Source: Kribbella hippodromi
GTDB taxonomy: Bacteria > Actinomycetota > Actinomycetes > Propionibacteriales > Kribbellaceae
Length of the DNA: 24,000 nucleotides
Assembly (NCBI RefSeq): GCF_039531045.1
Contig: NZ_BAAAPH010000003.1
Span: 93,551 to 117,550 of the forward strand
Reading direction: 5' to 3'
The notes under the pieces were generated by a model that was not told where the DNA came from, made no database searches, and saw only the letters and a program-made list of their open reading frames with translations. This document shows positions 14,065 to 23,258 of the stretch, in pieces. The first letter of the stretch is position 1. Each line of letters starts with the position of its first letter. Position numbers and translations under genes: made by a program.

Positions 14065-15039
14065 ATGGACTTTACTCAGCTTGGGCGTACGGGATTGAAG
14101 GTTGGGCGGGTTGTACTGGGGACGATGAACTTTGGGCCGTTGACTGAGGTGGGGGATGCGCATCGGATTATGGATGTGGCGCATGAGGTGGGGATCAACT
14201 TCTTTGATACTGCCAATGGGTATGGGCGGGCCATTTATCCGGGGCGGACCGAGGAGATCATCGGGGAGTGGTTTGCGAAGGGTGGGCAGAATCGGGAGAA
14301 GACGGTGCTGGCCACCAAGGTGTACGGGGAGATGGGGGTGGACTGGCCGAACACCAGCCGGTTGTCGGCGTTGAATATCCGGCGGGCGCTGGATGCTTCG
14401 CTGAAGCGGCTGCAGACGGATTACGTGGATCTGTACCAGTTCCACCATGTCGATCGGAATACGCCGTGGGACGAGATCTGGCAGGCGATGGAGGTCGCCG
14501 TGCAGCAGGGGAAGGTGCTGTACGCGGGGTCGAGCAACTTCGCCGGATGGCACATTGCCCAGGCCCAGGAAGCGGCGGCGCGGCGCAATTTCAACGGTCT
14601 GGTCAGTGAGCAGTCGCTGTACAACCTGATTCAGCGTGATGTCGAGCGCGAATTGATTCCGGCGGCGCAGGCGTACGGGCTGGGTGTGATTCCGTGGTCG
14701 CCCTTGCACGGCGGATTGCTCGGCGGTGTGATCCGCAAGGAGAACGAGGGCGTACGGCGCCTTGAGGGTCGCGCGAAAGAGACGCTGGATCGGCTGCGCC
14801 CGCAGATCGAGCAGTACGAGGCGTTCGCGGATGAACTTGGGCATGAACCGGGTGAACTGGCCCTGGCCTGGCTGCTGCACCAGCCGGCGGTGACTGGTCC
14901 GATTGTCGGACCGCGCACGCTGGAGCAGCTGGAGTCGGCCGTACGCGCCGTCGACATCAAGCTGGACGACAAGGCACTGGACCGGCTCGACGAGATCTTC
15001 CCGGGCTACAAGACCGCCCCGGAGGACTACGCCTGGTAG
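14065..15039 (+). CDS. Aldo/keto reductase
   Basis: MDFTQLGRTGLKVGRVVLGTMNFG...INFFDTANGYG...VLATKV...DLYQFHHVD...IPWSPLHGGLL. ATG 14065 is preceded by GGAGGTTGGGGGG. The tracked ORF start at 13879 is an upstream extension. Confidence 0.9.
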   Translation: MDFTQLGRTGLKVGRVVLGTMNFGPLTEVGDAHRIMDVAHEVGINFFDTANGYGRAIYPGRTEEIIGEWFAKGGQNREKTVLATKVYGEMGVDWPNTSRLSALNIRRALDASLKRLQTDYVDLYQFHHVDRNTPWDEIWQAMEVAVQQGKVLYAGSSNFAGWHIAQAQEAAARRNFNGLVSEQSLYNLIQRDVERELIPAAQAYGLGVIPWSPLHGGLLGGVIRKENEGVRRLEGRAKETLDRLRPQIEQYEAFADELGHEPGELALAWLLHQPAVTGPIVGPRTLEQLESAVRAVDIKLDDKALDRLDEIFPGYKTAPEDYAW

Positions 15040-15902
15040 TCGACGGCGGCGACGAACTCGCGGACGCACTCCCGCTGGTCCGAACCGCGCCATGCCAGCG
15101 CGAGCTCGGCCGGCGGTAAGTCCGGTACCGGCCGGAAGATCAGGTCGGGACGCGCGTACAAGCGAGTGTTGCCTTCGGCAATCAACGCGAGGCCGACGCC
15201 GGCGCCGACGAGCTCCAGAGCCTCGTCGGCGGCGGTGGCTTCGGCGGCGACGTACGGTGGGCGGCCGTCGGCGCGCGTGGGCGTACCGAGCCAGAAGTCA
15301 CGCAGCGGGCCGGCGCTCGCGGGGAGCGCGATGAACGGTTCGTCGCGGAGTTCGGCGAACGGGATCTCGGCGCGCTCCGCCAGCCGATGCCGGGCGGGCA
15401 GCGCGACCCAGCGCGGTTCGCTGCGCAGGACGCGGGTGGCGTACTCGGCGGCGATCGGCAGCCAGACGAATGCCACGTCGCTGGTGCCGTCAGCCAGGCC
15501 GGCGGTCGGATCGTCCCAACCGACCAGGCGCAGGGTGACGAGCCAACCGGGGCATTGGGCGCGGAAGCGCGCGACGGCGGGCCGTTGCAGGTCGCGGCCG
15601 ACGGCGGTCTGCATGCCCACCACGAACATCTCGGGCTGTACGGTCGCACGCGCCTCGGCGTACCCGGTGTCCCACGCGGCGAGGACGTCCCGCGCGACCG
15701 GCAGCAACACCTGCCCCTGTGCGGTCAGCGCGAGACCACGCGGCCCGCGATCGAACAGGGTGAACCCGAGCCGGCGTTCGAGCGCGCGAAGCTGCTTGGA
15801 CAACGCTGGTTGCGACACGAACAGCCGCTCCGCCGCCGCGGTCACGGTCGATTCCTCGGCGGCAGCGACGAAGTACCTCAGCTCCCGCAGGTTCGCGTCC
15901 AT
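15027..15902 (-). CDS. LysR-family transcriptional regulator
   Basis: MDANLRELRYFVAAAEESTVTAAAERLFVSQPALSKQLRALERRLGFTLFDR. Its 3' end overlaps the convergent AKR gene by 13 nt. Divergent from the second AKR gene. Confidence 0.9.
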   Translation of the reverse strand: MDANLRELRYFVAAAEESTVTAAAERLFVSQPALSKQLRALERRLGFTLFDRGPRGLALTAQGQVLLPVARDVLAAWDTGYAEARATVQPEMFVVGMQTAVGRDLQRPAVARFRAQCPGWLVTLRLVGWDDPTAGLADGTSDVAFVWLPIAAEYATRVLRSEPRWVALPARHRLAERAEIPFAELRDEPFIALPASAGPLRDFWLGTPTRADGRPPYVAAEATAADEALELVGAGVGLALIAEGNTRLYARPDLIFRPVPDLPPAELALAWRGSDQRECVREFVAAVDYQA

Positions 15903-15915
15903 AACCGACGGTTAT
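15901..15915. promoter_or_regulatory. Perfect palindrome ATAACCG-A-CGGTTAT containing a T-N11-A LysR-type box
   Basis: A 15-bp perfect inverted repeat that overlaps the LysR start codon (15900-15902), in the 61-bp divergent intergenic region. Confidence 0.5.
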
Positions 15916-15963
15916 ACCAACAGCTCTTGGACGTGCCCAGGGGTCGGGCCCGAGGCTGTCCGC

Positions 15964-16959
15964 ATGACGACCACACGCAGGCTCGGCGGGCTCGACGTAC
16001 CAGCGATCGGGTACGGGGCGATGGTGCTCTCCCCCGGCATGTACGGGCCGATCGACGACGCCCGCGCGGACACGGCGCTGACCGCGGCGATCGACGCCGG
16101 CGGTACTTTCATCGACACCAGCGACGCGTACGGCGAACGCGGCCACAACGAGCAGCTGGTCGGGCGGGCGATCCGCGGGCGGCGCGATCAGGTGACGGTG
16201 GCAACCAAGTTCGGGCTCGCGCTTGCCGATGGGGCTGAGGCGCATGCGGTGCGGGTCGGGTACGCGTTCGAAGAACTGTTGGTGAATGCCGAGCCGCGCT
16301 ATGTCCGCGGGTACGCGGAGAACAGCCTGCGCAATCTTGGTACGGACGTGATCGACCTTTATTACTTGCATTTTCCCGATCCCCAAGTGGCTATCGAGGA
16401 GACTGTTGGGGCGATGGGCGAGCTTGTTGCCGAGGGCAAAGTTCGGTTTCTCGGGGTGTGCAATGTGACGCCGGAGCAGTTGCGGCGCGCGTACGCGGTG
16501 CATCCGATCGCCGCGGTGCAGACCGAATGGTCGATGTGGCGGCCGGTTGATCCTGATTTGCTTGCGGTAGCGCGGGAGCTGGGGGTTGGCGTGGTGCCGT
16601 GGAGTCCGCTTGGCGCTGGGTTCCTGACGGGCACCGTACGGGCGTTGGAGGACGGGGATTTCCGGGCCAATGCGCCGCGATTTGATGCGGAGAGTTTGCG
16701 GGTCAACAACGCGTCTTATGGGGCGTTGGAGACATTGGCTGCAGAGGCTGGGATTACCCGTAGTCAGTTGGCGTTGGCGTGGTTGTTGCATCAAGATCCG
16801 GCGGTGGTGCCGATTCCTGGGAGCCGGACACCGGCGCATATCGCGGAGAATCTGGCAGCGGGCGAGGTTGCGTTGGATCCGGACCTGCTGGAGCGCATCG
16901 ATGCGGTGCTCGCCAACCTGACACCGGTCGGCGCGACGCTGCTGCAGGACGCCCGATGA
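15964..16959 (+). CDS. Aldo/keto reductase
   Basis: Internal ATG 15964 of tracked ORF 15166..16959; the upstream 266 aa are antisense to the LysR gene. MTTTRRLGGLDVPAIGYGAMVL...FIDTSDAYG...TVATKFG...DLYYLHFPD...VPWSPLGAGFLTG. Confidence 0.9.
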   Translation: MTTTRRLGGLDVPAIGYGAMVLSPGMYGPIDDARADTALTAAIDAGGTFIDTSDAYGERGHNEQLVGRAIRGRRDQVTVATKFGLALADGAEAHAVRVGYAFEELLVNAEPRYVRGYAENSLRNLGTDVIDLYYLHFPDPQVAIEETVGAMGELVAEGKVRFLGVCNVTPEQLRRAYAVHPIAAVQTEWSMWRPVDPDLLAVARELGVGVVPWSPLGAGFLTGTVRALEDGDFRANAPRFDAESLRVNNASYGALETLAAEAGITRSQLALAWLLHQDPAVVPIPGSRTPAHIAENLAAGEVALDPDLLERIDAVLANLTPVGATLLQDAR

Positions 16960-17033
16960 GGCCGCGGACCTGGGGAACTCGCGCGGGGATCGCGCTGGCG
17001 AGGCGGAGGTTCGTGGGGAGGAGGGCTGTGAAG

Positions 17034-17486
17034 ATGCGGATGGTTGCGGTCGCGATGGGTTTGGTGCTGGCCGGATGCGCTGACTCCGGTTCCCGTGCGC
17101 CGGGTGCCGGATCGGGTTCTCCCAGCGGTACGCCGGGTGCGTCGGCTGAGGCGGGTACGGCGCGTGACGTGCTTCCGGCGGTGCAGGTGTACGTGGATGC
17201 GGTGAATCGGGGCGATCTCGACGGCATCGTTCGGGCGTTTCATCCGGACGGGGAGATCGTGGACGTGTCGCGGACGATCTCCGGCGACAAGGCGATCCGG
17301 GTTTGGGCGCGGAACGAAGTCGTCGGCGGGGCGCTGCGCGTCGTACGCATCGTCGAACGCCGCGCCGACGGTCAGAAACTGCTCGTGCACTGGGCGCCAG
17401 GCGGTACCGGTGGGTTCGAAGCCCACTACCACTTCACCGTCCGCGGCGACCGGATCGCGGCGGCCAACCTGCAGTACGCCTCCTGA
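17034..17486 (+). CDS. Lipoprotein with a SnoaL/NTF2-like domain
   Basis: Signal peptide plus lipobox MRMVAVAMGLVLAGC, then VQVYVDAVNRGDLDGIVRAFHPDGEIVD (SnoaL-like). ATG 17034 lies about 8 nt after GGAGGAGGG. GTG 17028 and ATG 17040 are alternatives. Confidence 0.7.
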   Translation: MRMVAVAMGLVLAGCADSGSRAPGAGSGSPSGTPGASAEAGTARDVLPAVQVYVDAVNRGDLDGIVRAFHPDGEIVDVSRTISGDKAIRVWARNEVVGGALRVVRIVERRADGQKLLVHWAPGGTGGFEAHYHFTVRGDRIAAANLQYAS

Positions 17487-17534
17487 ACCGCGCGCCGCCG
17501 ACCGACGCCACGGCAGCTCGTCGACCGCCTGCGG

Positions 17535-18422
17535 TTAGCTGTGACCCGCTGTCGTCGGGAGCATGCCGATCAGGGCGTCGGCGGCCAGCGAGGCGGCCGG
17601 GCCGGTGGGGACGGCGACGGAGACCTGCCAGTCGGCGGCGGACCCAGGTGCCAGCGACACGGTGATGTGATCGCCGCGCTTGGCCGCGATTCGTTCGGGT
17701 ACGAGCGCCACGCCGAGATCATGCGCTACCAGGGCAAGCAGCGTGTGGACGTCGTTCACCTCGATCGTCACCGGATGCGCAACCCCAGCCGACATGAACG
17801 CCCGGTCCGAGATCGCCCGCGCGCCCCACGTCGGATCGAAGTCGACGAACGACTCCCCCGCAAGCTCATCGAGCGAAACCCCGCTGGACTTGGCCAGGCG
17901 ATGATCCGGCGAACAGACCAGCACCATCGACTCCCGCGACAACGGCCGCAGATCAAGACCGTCGACCGGATCACCGGCCGTCGCGACGAACGCGATGTCG
18001 AGTCGCCCGGACGCCACCTCGTCGAGCATCGGCGTCGAACCGGCCTGGCGTACCTCGATCTCCACGCCCGGGTACGCGGACCGGAATTTCGCCAGCAACG
18101 CCGGTACGTCGACCACGCCGAGGCACTGCTCCAGCCCAACAGTCAGATGCCCGCGCATCAACCCCTGCACCGCGGCCACCGCGTCCTTTGCTGCCTCGGC
18201 TGCCGCCAGCGCGCGCCGTCCTTCGCACAACAACGCCCGCCCGGCCTCGGTCAGCTCGACGCTCCGGGTGTTCCGGACGAACAACGACGCCCGCAGCTCC
18301 CGCTCCAGCGCCCGGATCGACGCGGACAACCCGGACTGCGAGATCGACATCGCCTCCGCGGCCCGCGTGAAGTGCTTCTGCTCGGCCACCGCAACAAAAT
18401 GTTCCAAGTGCCTCAGCTCCAT
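17535..18422 (-). CDS. LysR-family transcriptional regulator
   Basis: Internal ATG 18422 of tracked ORF 17535..18947. MELRHLEHFVAVAEQKHFTRAAEAMSISQSGLSASIRALERELRASLFVR plus a substrate-binding domain. Confidence 0.9.
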   Translation of the reverse strand: MELRHLEHFVAVAEQKHFTRAAEAMSISQSGLSASIRALERELRASLFVRNTRSVELTEAGRALLCEGRRALAAAEAAKDAVAAVQGLMRGHLTVGLEQCLGVVDVPALLAKFRSAYPGVEIEVRQAGSTPMLDEVASGRLDIAFVATAGDPVDGLDLRPLSRESMVLVCSPDHRLAKSSGVSLDELAGESFVDFDPTWGARAISDRAFMSAGVAHPVTIEVNDVHTLLALVAHDLGVALVPERIAAKRGDHITVSLAPGSAADWQVSVAVPTGPAASLAADALIGMLPTTAGHS

Positions 18423-18440
18423 AACTAAGAACTGTAGTCG

Positions 18441-18456
18441 ATCGAAACTTTTCGAT
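18441..18456. promoter_or_regulatory. Palindrome ATCGAAA-CT-TTTCGAT, a candidate LysR operator
   Basis: Perfect 7-2-7 inverted repeat, 19 nt upstream of the LysR ATG, in the 99-bp divergent region shared with the 138-aa ORF. Confidence 0.45.
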
Positions 18457-18521
18457 TCACCTGTCACACCTCTCAGGCGTCGCTGTCCGGAGCATCGCCG
18501 GGCGCTCGGTAGGGTGGGCGC

Positions 18522-18938
18522 ATGGCGGATGAGGAGTTTCGGGTCGAGGTTGTGCTCGGGAGTATGGAGCACGGGTTGACGGTGTGGGAGCGGTTGCGGG
18601 CGCTGGATCTGGATGATGACGCGCAGAAGCGGCTCGGGAGTCAGGTGACGGTGACCCGGGACGGGCATCGGATGCTGATGTACACGCACACGCTCGAGGA
18701 CGCGCAGGAAGCTGAGCGGACCGCCAAGGACCTGGTGTCGGCGGATCAGCTCGCGGCTACGTACACGATCACTCGGTGGAATCCGGCTGAGCAGGAGTGG
18801 ACCGACCCGAGCGTTCCGGTCGGACCGCACGATCCGGCGGGTGACGCGGCGAAGAACGCCGACATGGAGGTGCCGGACCCGCGGTACGTCGTGCTGCAGG
18901 CGTACAAGCCGGAATTCCTCCGCGACCTCGGCCTGTAG
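18522..18938 (+). CDS. Hypothetical cytoplasmic protein (138 aa), no family recognised
   Basis: ATG start with good GC3 throughout. Acidic, with no TM or signal sequence. Divergent from the LysR gene, so probably its regulated target. Confidence 0.6.
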   Translation: MADEEFRVEVVLGSMEHGLTVWERLRALDLDDDAQKRLGSQVTVTRDGHRMLMYTHTLEDAQEAERTAKDLVSADQLAATYTITRWNPAEQEWTDPSVPVGPHDPAGDAAKNADMEVPDPRYVVLQAYKPEFLRDLGL

Positions 18939-18983
18939 AACTCCCACCCGGCCGTAGCACTACCCGGGCCTACGCTGGCGGTT

Positions 18984-19556
18984 GTGGATGTTGGGTTGAG
19001 GCCTGTCGCGGAAGCTGATTTGGGGTTGTTCCGGCGGTTCGCGGTCGAGGCGGGGCTGGTCGGGCTGGACTGGAACGGATTCCGGGACGCGCAAGCGCCG
19101 GGCCGGCAGTTCGCCGTCGACGGGTTCCTCGGTACGGACGGCGGGCGGTTGATGGTGACCGCCGGAGCCGACACCGCGGGGTTCGTGAGTTGGCGGACGG
19201 GCACGTTCGACGGCCGGACGAACTACTGGGAGATCGGGATCGCGTTGCTGCCGGAGCACCGCGGGCGTGGGATCGGGTGGCGGGCGCAGGCGCTGTTGAC
19301 GGCGTACTTGTTCGAGCACACGCCGGTGTACCGAGTGCAGGCGGCGACGCATCCGGAGAATCGCGCCGAGCAGAAGGCCCTGGAAAAGGCGGGTTTCCGG
19401 CTTGAAGCGGTCATCCGGGGGTGCGAGTTCCGGGGCGGGCGGATGCGCGACGGGTACCTGTACAGCAGGCTGCGCGATGATCCGGCGCCCGAGGTCGGCA
19501 ACGGTTCGGTGACGGGAACACGTTCTGAGGCGGCGCGGGAACCTCTGGCCGACTAG
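18984..19556 (+). CDS. GNAT-family N-acetyltransferase (RimJ/RimL-like)
   Basis: IGIALLPEHRGRGIGWRAQALLTAYLF (acetyl-CoA motif A, R-G-x-G) and HPENRAEQKALEKAGFRLEAV. GTG start at 18984. Confidence 0.85.
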   Translation: MDVGLRPVAEADLGLFRRFAVEAGLVGLDWNGFRDAQAPGRQFAVDGFLGTDGGRLMVTAGADTAGFVSWRTGTFDGRTNYWEIGIALLPEHRGRGIGWRAQALLTAYLFEHTPVYRVQAATHPENRAEQKALEKAGFRLEAVIRGCEFRGGRMRDGYLYSRLRDDPAPEVGNGSVTGTRSEAAREPLAD

Positions 19557-19628
19557 TCTCGGCGGGTCGCTGCGCGCTCAACGGGTGTGACTCTGCGACA
19601 TTGAAAATCGCTGAGGAGAGGGGAACCC

Positions 19629-20417
19629 GTGTCGCGTCGACGTGCTCTCGTTGCCGGTGCCATCCTGCTGCCGGTCGTGCTCGCGGGCTGTTCGGACGTG
19701 GCCGCGAGCGAGCCGTCACCGTCGCCGAAACAATCCACCAGCAGCACACCCAGTACGACGGCCAACCCGACTGTCAGTCCAACGTCCAAGCCGACCGCCC
19801 CGACTGTAAAGCCGACGGTTCCGAAGGCCAGGGTGAAGCAGAAGCCGGAGTACTACGCGCTGCGGGTGGAACGGCAGCTGGACAAACTCGGGTACCCGGT
19901 CGGCGACATCGACGGTGACATCACCGCCCGCGCGAAACAGGCGCTCTGTGCGTGGCGCGAAACCAACGGCCTGCCGGTCAGCCGCGCCGGCCTCACTCTG
20001 AACGACGCGTATTCGGTGCTCAACGCAACCAAACGCCCGGCACCGACCCGCTCCCCCGGCATCTACGTCAACAAAACTTGCCAGATCCTGTACCAGATCG
20101 TGGGGAACACCTACAAACGGATCGTCTGGATCTCCACCGGCGCACCCGGGTACGAGACCCCGAACCGCACTGGCACAGTGTGGCGCAAATGGGCCGGCGC
20201 CCACGAGAGCAGCCTGTACGAGGACGCGTACATGTACGACTCCCTGTACTTCCTCAAGGACCGCCCTGGCATCGCCCTCCACGGCTCCCGCGTCAACTCC
20301 CTGATCAAGCCCTACCCCGCCAGCCACCGCTGCGTACGCGTCCTCCGCCCCGAAATCCACCACATCTTCCAAGACACCCCGATCGGCACCAGGGTCCAGG
20401 TCTACGGCGAGTACTAG
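19629..20417 (+). CDS. L,D-transpeptidase lipoprotein (PG-binding domain plus YkuD domain)
   Basis: Signal peptide and lipobox LLPVVLAGCS, then a Pro/Thr/Ser linker. PG_binding_1-like LDKLGYPVGDIDGDITARAKQALCAW. YkuD catalytic region IALHGS...PASHRCVRV. GTG 19629 follows GAGGAGAGGGG. Confidence 0.85.
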   Translation: MSRRRALVAGAILLPVVLAGCSDVAASEPSPSPKQSTSSTPSTTANPTVSPTSKPTAPTVKPTVPKARVKQKPEYYALRVERQLDKLGYPVGDIDGDITARAKQALCAWRETNGLPVSRAGLTLNDAYSVLNATKRPAPTRSPGIYVNKTCQILYQIVGNTYKRIVWISTGAPGYETPNRTGTVWRKWAGAHESSLYEDAYMYDSLYFLKDRPGIALHGSRVNSLIKPYPASHRCVRVLRPEIHHIFQDTPIGTRVQVYGEY

Positions 20418-20480
20418 AACGTCGCCGACGCTTCCGCCTACGGGTAGCAAATCTCGGAGACGCCTCAGTCGCTAAATCGT

Positions 20481-21362
20481 TTACGCCACGGCGGCGACGG
20501 ACATGGTGCGGGATCGGCGGGGTCGTCGTTGGCCGACGACGCGGCACGTCACATAGATGACGAACGAGATGCTGGTGATGTAAGGGCTGATCGGGACCGA
20601 ACTGCCGGCGGCAAGCAGGACTCCGCCGACGGCCGACGTGAGCGCGAAGACGGTACTGAGCAGTGGTACGACGACCGGTGAGGCGGAGACCCGGAGCGCG
20701 GCCGCCCCAGGGGTGACCAGGAGCGACAGGACGAGCAGCGCGCCGACGATTTGGACCGAGACCGCGGTCGCGAGGCCGAGCAGAATCATGAAGACGACCG
20801 AGAGCAGGTTCACGGGAATCCCGCGCGCTGCGGCGACATCCGCATCGGTGCTGGCGAAGAGCAGCGGTCTCCACACCAGCAGGAGTCCGGCGACCACGAT
20901 GGCGGCGATGGTGATCAGCGACGTGATCTGAGGGTCGTCGATGGCGACGATCTGCCCGGTGAGCAGGCCGAACTTGTTCGCCGCCCGCCCGTGATAGAGA
21001 GCAAGGCACAAGATCCCGAGCCCGAGGCCGAACGGCATCAACACCGCGGTCACCGAGTTGCGATCCCGGGCCCGGGCACCCAGCAGCCCGATGACCAGCG
21101 CCGCGATCATCGAACCGATCAGCGATCCGGTGACCACCCCGGTCCCCAGCAAGAGGCCGGCCGCCGCACCGGCGAAGGACAGTTCGCTGACGCCGTGCAC
21201 CGCGAACGCCATGTCGCGCATCATCACGAAAACGCCGATCATGCCGCCCATCACGCCGAGCACGGCACACGCGATGATCGAGTTCTTCAACAGGGGCAGC
21301 AATTGCGCATAGTCCGAGAAGTTGAAGACCTGCGACCACAGCGATGTGTCCAGCGCCATCAC
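20481..21362 (-). CDS. Metal ABC transporter permease (ABC-3 / ZnuB-TroCD family)
   Basis: About 8-9 TM segments. LLPLLKNSIIACAVLGVMGGMIGVFVMMRDMAFAVHGVSELSFAGAA is typical of ABC-3 permeases. The start (GTG 21362 or ATG 21359) overlaps the ATPase stop (GTGATGG junction). Confidence 0.9.
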   Translation of the reverse strand: MMALDTSLWSQVFNFSDYAQLLPLLKNSIIACAVLGVMGGMIGVFVMMRDMAFAVHGVSELSFAGAAAGLLLGTGVVTGSLIGSMIAALVIGLLGARARDRNSVTAVLMPFGLGLGILCLALYHGRAANKFGLLTGQIVAIDDPQITSLITIAAIVVAGLLLVWRPLLFASTDADVAAARGIPVNLLSVVFMILLGLATAVSVQIVGALLVLSLLVTPGAAALRVSASPVVVPLLSTVFALTSAVGGVLLAAGSSVPISPYITSISFVIYVTCRVVGQRRPRRSRTMSVAAVA

Positions 21363-22186
21363 CGCAGCACCTTCTCTCCGTCGAGCGCGTCTGCCGGATG
21401 GTGATACGGATCCTGGTCAGGGATGCCGGCCACCAGGATCCGCCCCTTGTGCCGGATCACCTCGACGGGTGCGTCGAAGAGGTCGGTCAGCACCTCGCTG
21501 GTCATCACCTCGTCCGGCGTGCCGATCCGGAAGCGGTTGTTGGCGATGTAGAGCACCCGATCGACCTTGTCCAGGATCGGATTGATGTCGTGAGTGACGA
21601 ACAGGACACCCAGGTTCAGGCGGTGCCGCGCTTGGTCGACCAGGTCGCAGATCAGGCGCTGATGCGGCAGGTCCAGCGACAACAACGGCTCGTCGCAGAG
21701 CAGCAATTGCGGGTCGGCCGCCAGCGCTTGCGCGATCCGCAGCCGCTGCTGCTCGCCGCCGGACAGAGATGACAGGCTCGCACTCGCGTACGTCTCGGCT
21801 CCGACCGACGCCAGCAGGTGGTTCACCTGCTGACGACGCCGCCGGGACGGATGCGAGATGCCCCACCGGTGACCGTCGATGCCTAGCGCCACCAGATCCC
21901 GGCCGCGTAGCGGCAGCCCGTCGGGGGCCAGCCGCTGCTGCGGTACATAGCCGATGCGCCGGTCGCCCCGGCGTACAGTCGAGCCCAGCACCGTCACAGT
22001 CCCGGACGACACTCGCAACTGGCCGAGAACGACCTTCAGCAGGCTTGACTTGCCCGACCCGTTGGCCCCCAGGACGGCGATCAGCTCACCTCGCCGTACC
22101 TGCAGATCGAGGTCTTTCCAGAGCATCCGCTGCCCGAAACGCAGCGCAGCCCGCTCGACAGTGAGTACGACGTCCGTGTCCATCAC
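21359..22186 (-). CDS. Metal ABC transporter ATP-binding protein
   Basis: Walker A GANGSGKSS, signature LSGGEQQR, Walker B LLLCDEP. The start (GTG 22186 or ATG 22183) overlaps the binding-protein stop with the same GTGATGG junction. Confidence 0.9.
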   Translation of the reverse strand: MMDTDVVLTVERAALRFGQRMLWKDLDLQVRRGELIAVLGANGSGKSSLLKVVLGQLRVSSGTVTVLGSTVRRGDRRIGYVPQQRLAPDGLPLRGRDLVALGIDGHRWGISHPSRRRRQQVNHLLASVGAETYASASLSSLSGGEQQRLRIAQALAADPQLLLCDEPLLSLDLPHQRLICDLVDQARHRLNLGVLFVTHDINPILDKVDRVLYIANNRFRIGTPDEVMTSEVLTDLFDAPVEVIRHKGRILVAGIPDQDPYHHPADALDGEKVLR

Positions 22187-23103
22187 TGCCCCAGCGCGGT
22201 ACCGACTGCGTCCAAGTTCGCCGACATCCAGCCGACGTAGTCCTTGCCGGACGGCAGCGTCTCGGTCACCGGTACGACCGGGACGCCGTACTGCTTGGCC
22301 GCGGCCAGCACCTTGCCGGTTTCCGGACCAGCGGTCTGCGCGTTGTACGCGAGCAGCTTCACCTCGTGGTTGCTGTACAGCTGCAGCGTCTCATTGAGCA
22401 CCTTCGCCGGCACGTCGCTGCCTTCCTCGACCGCCTCGCTGAACGCCTCCGGCGTCTTGTTCTGCAGCCCGATGGCGTCCAGCAGGTAGACCGGCACCGG
22501 CTCGGTGATCGCCACCGGCTGACCGGCGTACTTCTGCTTGAGCCCGGCCTCCCGCTGCACCAAGCCGTCGAGCTTCTGCTTCAGCCCGGCCGCGTTCTGC
22601 CGGAACGTCGACGCGGCTCCAGGGTCGGCCTTCGCATAGGTCTGCTCGAGCTGGTCGACCACCTTGACGACCGCCGGGAAGTCGTACCACACATGCTCAT
22701 TGAGCGGCGCACCGCCTTCGGCCTTGTGGCCGGAGATGGTCACCGCGTTCAGCACGGTCGCCGAGCTGTTCTTCGCGCTCTTCAGCATCCGGTCCATGAA
22801 GTCGTCGTACCCGCCGCCGTTCTCAACCACCACCGTCGCATCGGACAGCGCCAACTGGTTCCGGGTGCTCGTCTCGTACTCGTGCGGATCGGCATCCGGG
22901 CTGGTGATGATCGACGTGACCTGCACCTTGTCGCCGCCCACCTTGGCGGCCAGATCGCCCCAGACATCGGTCGAGGCCACGACCTTGATCGAGGCCGAGC
23001 CGGAGCCTGTCGCGGCGGAGGAATCACCGCCCGAGGAACACGCACTCAGCCCCACCGCGACGGCGGCGAGTACGGCGGGAAGGGCAATCGATCTGCGGTT
23101 CAC
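22183..23103 (-). CDS. Metal ABC transporter substrate-binding lipoprotein (TroA/ZnuA-like, cluster A-I)
   Basis: VNRRSIALPAVLAAVAVGLSACSS (lipoprotein signal), DADPHEYE and NEHVWYD metal-site-like motifs. I prefer GTG 23103, because the tracked ATG 23151 would place a regulatory palindrome (23136-23150) inside the coding sequence. Confidence 0.82.
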   Translation of the reverse strand: MNRRSIALPAVLAAVAVGLSACSSGGDSSAATGSGSASIKVVASTDVWGDLAAKVGGDKVQVTSIITSPDADPHEYETSTRNQLALSDATVVVENGGGYDDFMDRMLKSAKNSSATVLNAVTISGHKAEGGAPLNEHVWYDFPAVVKVVDQLEQTYAKADPGAASTFRQNAAGLKQKLDGLVQREAGLKQKYAGQPVAITEPVPVYLLDAIGLQNKTPEAFSEAVEEGSDVPAKVLNETLQLYSNHEVKLLAYNAQTAGPETGKVLAAAKQYGVPVVPVTETLPSGKDYVGWMSANLDAVGTALGQ

Positions 23104-23135
23104 GAGCCGGGCCAATCTGACGAGCGGAAGGAAAC

Positions 23136-23150
23136 TGACAACCGTTATCA
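23136..23150 (-). promoter_or_regulatory. Zur/Fur-like box, TGATAAC-G-GTTGTCA on the minus strand
   Basis: A 7-1-7 palindrome with 6/7 arm match, 33 nt upstream of the proposed GTG start of the binding protein. It shares 11/15 positions with the box at 23259-23273. Confidence 0.4.
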
Positions 23151-23258
23151 TTATCGCCGAATGGATCTGCGCGCAAGCGGCGGCCGCGTACCCGACCGGT
23201 TACCGGTGTCCGGCGGCGAGTTTTCCGCGCCGTTCAGCCTCCGGCGCTCAGCGCTTGC

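Noticed and set aside
14023-15093. 356-aa minus-strand ORF
   Set aside because: It is antisense shadow of the first aldo/keto reductase, with low-complexity Arg/Pro/Gln content.
15166-15963. N-terminal 266 aa of the tracked 597-aa ORF
   Set aside because: This part is antisense to the LysR gene 15027..15902 and Ser/Arg/Ala-rich. The aldo/keto reductase homology begins at ATG 15964.
15490-16839. 449-aa minus-strand ORF
   Set aside because: It is a shadow of the aldo/keto reductase and LysR genes, Arg/Pro-rich with no domain signature.
18423-18947. Upstream 175 aa of the tracked 470-aa LysR ORF
   Set aside because: This part overlaps the divergent 138-aa gene and its promoter. The LysR HTH begins at ATG 18422.
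20283-20350. SHRC instead of the commoner SHGC around the L,D-transpeptidase catalytic Cys
   Set aside because: The residue before the catalytic Cys varies among YkuD domains, so this is not evidence of anything unusual.
20305-21339. 344-aa minus-strand ORF overlapping the permease in another frame
   Set aside because: The permease frame gives a coherent multi-TM ABC-3 protein. This frame is Arg/Gly-rich nonsense.
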